Shown here: piece after piece, positions 16,908 to 23,773 of the stretch
Position numbering within the stretch: the first letter of the stretch is position 1
Layout of the letters: each line of letters starts with the position of its first letter
Origin: Candidatus Pelagibacter ubique HTCC1062
GTDB taxonomy: Bacteria > Pseudomonadota > Alphaproteobacteria > Pelagibacterales > Pelagibacteraceae
Assembly: GCF_000012345.1 (NCBI RefSeq)
Contig: NC_007205.1
Coordinates: 1,276,760-1,308,759, forward strand
Length of the DNA stretch: 32,000 nucleotides
Reading direction: 5' to 3'
The notes under the pieces: generated by a model
Databases searched by the model: none
Seen by the model: the letters and a program-made list of their open reading frames with translations, nothing else
What the model was told of the DNA's origin: nothing
Program-made: the position numbers and the translations under genes

Positions 16908-17959
16908 TATTTTAATTCTACCTGTGCTTTTCGGTCAGCTTCATCAATTACTTCTCCAAATCTTTCAGGATATTTCTCTCTTAACCATCCCATTAAACCT
17001 TCAGGAAAATAAACAACGATTACAATAATTAAAACTCCAAGAGCTACATACTGCCATCCTAAAAAGTAAGTCCAAAATCCTTCTTTAAATAAATGAAATA
17101 AAACAGCACCAACTAGTGGTCCCCATAAAGTTCCTTTACCACCAAGAATTGCCATTAACACCATAAACACTCCAAATGTAGGTCCAGCAAATGCAATTTC
17201 ATTAGGTTCAATGTAACCATTAATATGACCCATTAGTCCTCCTGCAATTCCAACAAAGAACGCTGATACCATCCAACCTATAATTTTATACCTCATAGTG
17301 TGAATGCCCATTGCTTCAGCTTTATCTTCGTTATCTCTTATTGCATTTAAAATTAATCCAAATCTTGTACTGTAGGCCCACTTTAAAGTAATAAAAGTTA
17401 TAACTGCTAAACCAAAACTTAAATAGTACATAAACTGTGATGATGATGCGTTAGATCCTAAATCTTTTGGCCAAACAGGAACCGTCATACCTTGTCCTGC
17501 TCCAATAATTTCAATTCCACCTGCAATTTCGCCAGCAGCAATTCCTAAAGCTAAAGTACAAATTGCAAAGTAATGCCCTCTTAAACCTAAAATTCCATAA
17601 CCAATTACTCCTGCAATTATTGTTGGAATAATTCCTGCTAACAATATTCCAACTCCAAACCCTTGAAAAAATTGTGGAACCGTATGAACAAAAGTTTTTT
17701 CTCCACCAGCATCCGTCCACTCAGCTAATGAAAAAAACATTGCTATTTGTGTACTTGAAGCAACATACATTCCAACTCCAAAAAATAAAATATTTCCAAA
17801 TGTATTGTAGCCCATTTGTCCACCTTGAACGTCCCAAGTCATCGCAAGAACGATTAAAATATAAAGAAACGACATCTGAAGTTTGTAAGCAGGAAATATA
17901 AATGCACCAGCTAAGCCAAAAATTATTAGACCCATGTATAAAAGAGTATTTTTATTCAT
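16907..17959 (-). CDS. livM: Branched-chain/hydrophobic amino acid ABC permease, LivM-type (module 1)
   Basis: 350-aa membrane ORF with an NAIRDNEDKAEAMG block. It shares 1-nt stop/start overlaps with both neighbours. Confidence 0.88.
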   Translation of the reverse strand: MNKNTLLYMGLIIFGLAGAFIFPAYKLQMSFLYILIVLAMTWDVQGGQMGYNTFGNILFFGVGMYVASSTQIAMFFSLAEWTDAGGEKTFVHTVPQFFQGFGVGILLAGIIPTIIAGVIGYGILGLRGHYFAICTLALGIAAGEIAGGIEIIGAGQGMTVPVWPKDLGSNASSSQFMYYLSFGLAVITFITLKWAYSTRFGLILNAIRDNEDKAEAMGIHTMRYKIIGWMVSAFFVGIAGGLMGHINGYIEPNEIAFAGPTFGVFMVLMAILGGKGTLWGPLVGAVLFHLFKEGFWTYFLGWQYVALGVLIIVIVVYFPEGLMGWLREKYPERFGEVIDEADRKAQVELK

Positions 17960-18852
17960 TATTTTAGATATTCTCTTTTTCTTGATAATTTAAATCTTCT
18001 GTAAACAAGAATTAATACGAGTAGCGAGAATACAGCTGCTATTCTAAATTCTGTTCCAAGTAGATAATCTGCCCATTCTTCAAATATACCAAGACCCATA
18101 CCAGATATTGCAACAGCTGGTAAATTTCCAAGTCCAGCAATGATTACAATCATGAATGATCTTACCGTGTAAGGTAATCCTGTGTATGGATGAAGTGTAA
18201 ATGTGATCGCAACACAAGCTCCTGCTATTCCACATAATGCTGCATTTATTCCAAATGTTGCAGCATAAACTTTTTCTGTATCTACACCTAAAATTTTAGC
18301 AGCTCTTGCATTTTGTGCGGTTGCTCTAATTGCTCTACCTAATTTTGATTTTCTCATATAGATCACCAAAATAAATGCAGATATGACACAAACAGCTCCT
18401 GAAAATAACTTAGCATTAGGAATTGTAACCATATCGTTAAATAACATTGTTGTTCCAAAATCTGATTGAGCAACAACTACGTCTGCGCCAAATGCAAAAT
18501 TCATTAACTGTTGTGCTAAAATACTAATTCCAAAAGTTGCAAGAATTGATGTAAATAAATCTTTATCTACCACTTTATTAATAACCAGCTTGTACATTCC
18601 CCATCCAACACAATACATTACAATTGGAGATACAATTATACCAAAGGCTGGATGAATACCTGAGAGATACATAAAGTAAGCAATGTAACCACCCATAATT
18701 ACTAATTCTCCTTGAGCAATGTTTATTATATTCATTACTCCCCACTGCAGAGCCATTCCATAAGCAATTAATGCAAATAAAATACCTAGAAGTATTCCAT
18801 CCATTGAGGCTTGGACCATTAGTATTGGTGCTTGAAAAATTAGAAAATCCAT
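17959..18852 (-). CDS. livH: Branched-chain/hydrophobic amino acid ABC permease, LivH-type (module 1)
   Basis: 297-aa membrane ORF with blocks RAIRATAQNARAAKILGV and IIAGLGNL. Confidence 0.88.
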   Translation of the reverse strand: MDFLIFQAPILMVQASMDGILLGILFALIAYGMALQWGVMNIINIAQGELVIMGGYIAYFMYLSGIHPAFGIIVSPIVMYCVGWGMYKLVINKVVDKDLFTSILATFGISILAQQLMNFAFGADVVVAQSDFGTTMLFNDMVTIPNAKLFSGAVCVISAFILVIYMRKSKLGRAIRATAQNARAAKILGVDTEKVYAATFGINAALCGIAGACVAITFTLHPYTGLPYTVRSFMIVIIAGLGNLPAVAISGMGLGIFEEWADYLLGTEFRIAAVFSLLVLILVYRRFKLSRKREYLK

Positions 18853-18871
18853 AAATTATTTAAATGTTTAT

Positions 18872-18901
18872 AAAAAAATGCCCCCTATTTCTAGGGAGCA
18901 T
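18872..18901 (-). terminator. Intra-operon hairpin plus U-tract (partial terminator/attenuator) between the binding-protein gene and the permease genes
   Basis: The minus-strand RNA reads AUGCUCCCU-AGAAAU-AGGGGGCAU followed by U7. The stem is 9 bp with one G-U. Confidence 0.7.
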
Positions 18902-18916
18902 TTTACATATTAGGTA

Positions 18917-20158
18917 TTATCTTTTTGACCAAGATGGAATTGGGTGTACCAACTCAGCTGATGCCCATTTTGTAGGAGCAACAACTTTGTTTTCACACTT
19001 ACTACCATCATCGTTACATGATACTTGGAAAAGTACCATTGGTTTTGATACGTTCTGCCCACCTTCTGCAAATTTTATGTTCCCATAAAAAGTTTGCATA
19101 TCAGTTGCAGCTAAAGCGTCTCTAACTTTTTTAGTGTCAAATGATTGCGCTCTTTCGAATGCATCTTTAAATACTAATAAAGCAGCTGACGACTCTGCAG
19201 CTTGGTATGGCGGTGCATAACCAAATGCTTTTGTAAAATCTGCATCATAGGTAGTTCCATCTTTAAAGAAATCATCTTTGTAAGATAATGATTTATGCCA
19301 TTGAGAAGCACAAAGTGCATACTCAGAAGCTTTACCATGCATCTTAGATAATTTAGCGGCATCACAGTGAGTCATTGCTAACATAGGAACATCAACTTTC
19401 ATTTCTGAAATTTGCCTAACAGCTGTTAAAGCTCCTTTTGTGTGACCTGAAACCACAAGAACATCTGGTTTTACAGCTTTTACTTTAGATAAAGTAGCAG
19501 CCATATCATTAAGTTCTTTCGGTAACTTGTCATCAATTATGATTTTAGAACCTGTTCTTTTAGCAGCATCAAGAATACCTAATCTCACATCTTGAGAGAA
19601 AGCATCTTGTTCAAATGCCATTGCAATCTTAACTGGTTTTCCACCGTTTTTTTCAACTGCAAGATCAATTGCTACATCAAGATATAAGTTCGCAGGAGCT
19701 AGTACTGCAAATAAATATTTATAACCCTTAGTGAATAACGATCTAGACGCACCGTTTGCTTCAACCATAGGAATTCCATATTTTTCAGTTACAGGAGCCA
19801 TAGCTTTAGTCAAACCTGAGCTATAAGGCCCAAGCATGTATTGAACACCATCTTGTTGAATTAATCTTTCTGCAAGTTGTGCTGCCCTTCCAGAGTTTGA
19901 CTCGTCATCGTAATAAATGATTTCAAACTTGTAAGTTTTTCCACCAACCTTAATACCACCCATGTCATTTATTCTGTCAACTGCTAAGTTATAGCCGTTT
20001 TGAGTATGAACACCATTTGATGAGTATTTTCCAGTCAATGAAATAGCTGCACCTAAAATAATTTTATCCCCAACAACCTTCGCGAAAGATATTGTTGAAG
20101 CTGAAATTAAAAGAGCAATTGCAGAAACTAAAGTAATAATTATATTTCTGATTTTCAT
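18917..20158 (-). CDS. Periplasmic substrate-binding protein, Leu/Ile/Val-binding (type I PBP) family, secreted (module 1)
   Basis: 413-aa ORF with signal peptide MKIRNIIITLVSAIALLISASTISFA/KV. It is the first gene of the long minus-strand unit, with RBS AGAGGGAAAT upstream. Confidence 0.88.
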   Translation of the reverse strand: MKIRNIIITLVSAIALLISASTISFAKVVGDKIILGAAISLTGKYSSNGVHTQNGYNLAVDRINDMGGIKVGGKTYKFEIIYYDDESNSGRAAQLAERLIQQDGVQYMLGPYSSGLTKAMAPVTEKYGIPMVEANGASRSLFTKGYKYLFAVLAPANLYLDVAIDLAVEKNGGKPVKIAMAFEQDAFSQDVRLGILDAAKRTGSKIIIDDKLPKELNDMAATLSKVKAVKPDVLVVSGHTKGALTAVRQISEMKVDVPMLAMTHCDAAKLSKMHGKASEYALCASQWHKSLSYKDDFFKDGTTYDADFTKAFGYAPPYQAAESSAALLVFKDAFERAQSFDTKKVRDALAATDMQTFYGNIKFAEGGQNVSKPMVLFQVSCNDDGSKCENKVVAPTKWASAELVHPIPSWSKR

Positions 20159-20211
20159 TTTTATTTCCCTCTATTAGTTTTTTAAATTTAAATAAATATT
20201 TAACCCTTAAA

Positions 20212-20221
20212 TGTAATTACA
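20212..20221. promoter_or_regulatory. 10-bp palindrome TGTAATTACA in the promoter region of the 13-gene unit (candidate operator)
   Basis: Read directly. It lies 54-63 nt upstream of ATG 20158 and is flanked by two copies of CCTTAA. Confidence 0.2.
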
Positions 20222-20248
20222 CGCAAGTCCTTAAGACAAAAGTGTGAC

Positions 20249-20863
20249 CTAATAGTTTTGAATAAATGCTATGATTAAAGCGATTAATATCAATACACAC
20301 GCTGAAATTGTATTAATAACTTTTGGGTTTGCTTTTATCCAAACAATTAATTTTCTAGCAAGAACAGCATAAGCAATTAAAGATAAAAAATCTAAAACTG
20401 CATATGTTGTAATTAAAATTATAAATTGGACAATATAATTTGAATTAAAATCTATAAACTGTGGGAATATTAAAGGAAAAAACATCCAAGCTTTTGGACT
20501 TGTTCCTGCAACTAAAAAACCATCTTTAAAAAAAGAAAAAAAGCTTTTTGACGAAATATTATTTGAATTTATATCTTTTGGTCTTGAATTATAAATATCA
20601 TAAGCAAGATAAAGTAAGTAAGCTATACCAATCCACTTAAAAGTATTTAGAAAGTTTGGATTATCGACAAAAAAAGATCCTAAAACAAAAATTACTAATG
20701 TTGCTTGAATAATATTTGCTGTAACATCTCCAAGAGCTGTCCAGATACATTTTTGAACTCCATAATTCATGGAATATGAAATGATTACAATTCTAGGTGT
20801 ACCAGGAGTGATAAATAAAAATAAAATAATCTGTAAAAAAAGAAAATAATTTAAGGGAAGCAT
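20249..20863 (-). CDS. LysE/RhtB-family amino acid exporter
   Basis: The track ORF begins at a TTG (20884). The in-frame ATG at 20863 places the family's (S/T)PG motif (ITPGTP) at residues 18-23, as in RhtB/LysE proteins. About 6 TM segments. Confidence 0.8.
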   Translation of the reverse strand: MLPLNYFLFLQIILFLFITPGTPRIVIISYSMNYGVQKCIWTALGDVTANIIQATLVIFVLGSFFVDNPNFLNTFKWIGIAYLLYLAYDIYNSRPKDINSNNISSKSFFSFFKDGFLVAGTSPKAWMFFPLIFPQFIDFNSNYIVQFIILITTYAVLDFLSLIAYAVLARKLIVWIKANPKVINTISACVLILIALIIAFIQNY

Positions 20864-20937
20864 TTTGTTGTTTGGATAGTCCAAAAAAACCGGGAGCTAA
20901 AGATGGCTAAGATGGACTATCTAAGTTTGAAGATACC
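20864..20937 (-). promoter_or_regulatory. Candidate structured 5' leader of the LysE-family gene, with mutually exclusive hairpins
   Basis: In the minus-strand RNA, GAUAGUCC (plus-strand coordinates 20914-20921) can pair perfectly with GGACUAUC (20875-20882), which lies 11-18 nt upstream of the ATG. Alternatively, the overlapping AGAUAGUCC (20914-20922) can pair with the upstream GGUAUCU (20931-20937). The 31-nt loop holds a tandem CCAUCUU(U)AG repeat and a U7 run. Confidence 0.3.
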
Positions 20938-20996
20938 ATGACCTTAAATAAAATGCATTAATCAATTTTTTTAAATATAATGAAAATAAAGGATTT

Positions 20997-21293
20997 ATGA
21001 AAAAAAAAGGTCACACCCCTATAACTAGAGTTAAAAATCCAGAACCCCATATATCAGATCCTGACTGGATCATCTGGGCTGCTTGGGCTGACCGGATTAC
21101 CTTTGAAGAAATAGAGCAAAAAACTGGAAAGACAGAAGGTGAAGTAATCAAGATTATGAGGCATTCTATAAAGCCTGTTTCTTTTAGATTGTGGAGAAAA
21201 AGAGTTAATCAAAAAAGTATTAAACATAGAAAAAAATTTGAATACTCTAGAAAAGAAATTACTAGTAAAATTAAAAAGAATGATTATTTATAA
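20997..21293 (+). CDS. DUF2805 / TIGR03643-family small protein (possible sigma-70 region 4-like HTH)
   Basis: 98-aa ORF. IWAAWADRITFEEIEQKTGKTEGEVIKIMRHSIKPVSFRLWRKRV matches my recollection of the DUF2805 core. Confidence 0.75.
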   Translation: MKKKGHTPITRVKNPEPHISDPDWIIWAAWADRITFEEIEQKTGKTEGEVIKIMRHSIKPVSFRLWRKRVNQKSIKHRKKFEYSRKEITSKIKKNDYL

Positions 21294-21296
21294 GAT

Positions 21297-21551
21297 ATGA
21301 AAAATGTAACTATTTATACAGGTCCACTTTGTAATTTTTGTGATGCAGCAAAAAGATTATTAGCTAGAAACAACGTTGAATATAAAGAAATTAATATTGC
21401 AACAGTAGATGGAGCAATGGATGAAATGATTACTAAAGCTAATGGAAAAAGAACTATTCCACAAATCTTTTTTGATGATAATCATATTGGTGGTTACGAT
21501 GATGTTAGAGCTCTTGAAAAAGAAAATAAATTACTAGAACTTTTAAAATAA
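21297..21551 (+). CDS. grxC: Glutaredoxin (Grx3-like) with a non-canonical CNFC active site
   Basis: 84-aa ORF. It has the redox motif TGPLCNFC, TIPQIFF (canonical TVPQIFI) and GGYDD (canonical GGCDD). It starts 3 nt after DUF2805. Confidence 0.88.
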   Translation: MKNVTIYTGPLCNFCDAAKRLLARNNVEYKEINIATVDGAMDEMITKANGKRTIPQIFFDDNHIGGYDDVRALEKENKLLELLK

Positions 21552-21552
21552 A

Positions 21553-21927
21553 CTAGTTTTTAGGTTTAAAAGTCAGACAAACACCATTATTACAATATCT
21601 TTTACCAGTTGGTTTAGGTCCATCTTCAAAGATATGACCGTGATGTCCGCCACATTTTTTGCAATGATATTCTACCCGCTCATAACCTAATAGAGTATCT
21701 GTTTTAGTTTCAAATGCATCCGGTAACGATTGATAAAATGAAGGCCAACCTGAACCACTTTCATATTTGGCATTTGAGTCAAATAATTTTTCACCACAAT
21801 TAGCACAATGATAGCTTCCTTCTCTCTTCTCGTGATTTAATTCACTTGTACCAGGCGCTTCTGTACCATCTTCAAATAGAACTAATTTTTGTTCAGCTGT
21901 AAGGTCTTTGTTAATTTTTTTTGTCAT
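21553..21927 (-). CDS. msrB: Peptide-methionine (R)-S-oxide reductase MsrB, zinc-containing type
   Basis: 124-aa ORF with two CxxC pairs (CANC, CKKC), GWPSF, HGHIFEDGP and the catalytic RYCNN. Confidence 0.93.
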   Translation of the reverse strand: MTKKINKDLTAEQKLVLFEDGTEAPGTSELNHEKREGSYHCANCGEKLFDSNAKYESGSGWPSFYQSLPDAFETKTDTLLGYERVEYHCKKCGGHHGHIFEDGPKPTGKRYCNNGVCLTFKPKN

Positions 21928-21930
21928 GGT

Positions 21931-22881
21931 TTATTCTAATACTCTTAAGGGTTTACCTGCAACACATGCCTCTAATCCTTCAATCATCTGTGTATAAAAT
22001 ATACTATAATTTTCTGCTGTTACATAGCCAACATGTGGCATCAACAATGCATTTGGTAAAAATCTTAATTTATTTCCTTCTGGTAGAGGTTCTTTTTCAT
22101 AAACATCAAGTCCTGCTCCAGCAATAACATTGGTTGATAATGCTATAATTAAATCATCTTCATTAATAATTGATCCTCTAGATGTATTAATTAAAAAAGC
22201 AGTTTTTTTCATTGAGTCTAATTCTTTTAGTTTTATTAACTCTTTATATCTTTCTCCACCTTGCACATGGATCGATAAAAAATCAGAATTTTGAAATAGA
22301 TCTTCTTTACTGCATGGAAGGACACCAAGTTCTTTACAGGTGTCTAAGTTTAAATTTTCGCTCCAAGCCATAACTTCCATGCCAAAAGCTTTAGCAATTT
22401 TAGCAACTTGTGAACCAACTCTTCCAAGTCCAACTAATCCCAAAATCTTTCCTTTAAGCTCAAATCCAATAGTGGTTTGCCAGTAACCTTGGTACATGTT
22501 GTCAATTTCTTCTTTAAAATTTCTAGCTAACCCTAAGATTAAACCCCAGGTTAATTCTGTTGTGCCTGCAAAATCAATGTCAGTACCACACACAGTAATT
22601 TTTCTCTTTTTAGCAGCTGCTAAGTCTATTGCTTTATTTCTTGAACCACTGGTAATGATATATTTAAGGTCATTTAAATTATCGATTAAATTTTTAGTAA
22701 TAGGAGTTCGCTCTCTCATTATCAATAATGCTTCAAAGTCTGATAATTGCTCTATGGCATCTGCTTCATCTTCAAAGGGTTTACTGAATATTTTAAATTC
22801 ATATTTGCCAGATAATTTTTTTAAATCAACAAATTCGTGAGACACGTTTTGGTAATCATCTAAGATAGCAACTTTAAGCAT
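21931..22881 (-). CDS. D-isomer-specific 2-hydroxyacid dehydrogenase family, NAD-binding
   Basis: 316-aa ORF. It has the Rossmann motif GLVGLGRVGSQVA, INTSRG, GAGLDVYEKEP and the catalytic-His block MPHVGY. Confidence 0.88.
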   Translation of the reverse strand: MLKVAILDDYQNVSHEFVDLKKLSGKYEFKIFSKPFEDEADAIEQLSDFEALLIMRERTPITKNLIDNLNDLKYIITSGSRNKAIDLAAAKKRKITVCGTDIDFAGTTELTWGLILGLARNFKEEIDNMYQGYWQTTIGFELKGKILGLVGLGRVGSQVAKIAKAFGMEVMAWSENLNLDTCKELGVLPCSKEDLFQNSDFLSIHVQGGERYKELIKLKELDSMKKTAFLINTSRGSIINEDDLIIALSTNVIAGAGLDVYEKEPLPEGNKLRFLPNALLMPHVGYVTAENYSIFYTQMIEGLEACVAGKPLRVLE

Positions 22882-23773
22882 TTTTAATCTTTCTGTTTGA
22901 TAAAAGAATTCCTGTTAAAATAAATATTGCGCCCAACATATGATAAAACATAAATTTTTCATTAAAAATAATCATTGCCATAATTGCACTTAAAATAGGC
23001 ATCATATGTAAAAAAACACCTGCTCTGTTAGCACCAATTAAAGCAACTCCCTTTATCCAAAAAATAAAAGAAGCAAGACCTGGAAATAGAACTACATAAA
23101 ATAAAATCATGTAAAAGTTTTGATTTAAAACAATTCTAAAGCCCATTTGATACTCTATAAAGTAAATTGGTATTAAAAAAATAAAGCCAAATGAAATTAC
23201 TACTTCTAGTAAACCTAGTTGAGATAGTTCGTGTTTTTTTTTCTTTAAAAGAGCTGAATAAGTAGCCCAAGAAAGCATTCCAAAAACCATCGTGATGTCA
23301 CCCTTGTTGAAGTCTAAATTCATTAATATTCCAAGATTTGCTTTGGTTATAATTAAAACAACTCCAATAAAAGAACATGTAACGCCCATTATTTGAAAAG
23401 TATTAGTTTTTTCAATTTTTAAAATTGAAGAAATGAAAATGATCATCACTGGTATTGTTGATATCATCAACACTCCACTGATTACTTGCGTAAAGTTTAA
23501 AGAATAATAGACAATTGAATTAAAGATAGTGACGCTCGTTATTCCAAGAATTGTGTAATATTTATAATTTTCTAAAATATAACTTCTTTTGTTAAATAGT
23601 TCTTGAATTGTAAATGGAGCTAAGATCAACCAAGCAAAAAGCCATCTATAAAAATTTAATGAAAATGGAGGTACTTGATATTGACTAGCAAATTTTCCAA
23701 CTAAAAAATTTCCTGACCAAAATAAAGCTGCTAAAAATAAAAAAATATAAGCAACATTATTTTTATTTATCAC
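22874..23773 (-). CDS. EamA/DMT-superfamily membrane transporter
   Basis: 299-aa, 10-TM ORF. The GTG start abuts the upstream stop, and the gene overlaps the downstream gene by 8 nt. Confidence 0.8.
   Translation of the reverse strand: MINKNNVAYIFLFLAALFWSGNFLVGKFASQYQVPPFSLNFYRWLFAWLILAPFTIQELFNKRSYILENYKYYTILGITSVTIFNSIVYYSLNFTQVISGVLMISTIPVMIIFISSILKIEKTNTFQIMGVTCSFIGVVLIITKANLGILMNLDFNKGDITMVFGMLSWATYSALLKKKKHELSQLGLLEVVISFGFIFLIPIYFIEYQMGFRIVLNQNFYMILFYVVLFPGLASFIFWIKGVALIGANRAGVFLHMMPILSAIMAMIIFNEKFMFYHMLGAIFILTGILLSNRKIKNA

Noticed and set aside
17511-17901. Two short ORFs (69 aa on the minus strand, 75 aa on the plus strand)
   Set aside because: Both lie wholly within the livM (module 1) gene, in an alternative frame or antisense, and are shadow ORFs.
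18864-19088. 74-aa plus-strand ORF
   Set aside because: It starts in the hairpin spacer and runs antisense into the binding-protein gene. The spacer is better explained as an attenuator hairpin.
19174-19365. 63-aa minus-strand ORF
   Set aside because: Alternative frame inside the binding-protein gene.
20864-20884. TTG-initiated N-terminal extension (MDYPNNK) of the LysE-family ORF, as given in the ORF track
   Set aside because: The in-frame ATG at 20863 gives the family-typical distance to the (S/T)PG motif. The extension overlaps one arm of the leader hairpin, so I treat it as 5' UTR.
21921-22127. 68-aa plus-strand ORF
   Set aside because: Antisense to the msrB start and the 3' end of the 2-hydroxyacid dehydrogenase gene.
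22496-22840. 114-aa plus-strand ORF
   Set aside because: It lies entirely antisense within the well-supported 2-hydroxyacid dehydrogenase gene. It is low-complexity (Ser/Leu/Ile/Lys-rich) with no RBS or recognisable motif, so it is a shadow ORF.
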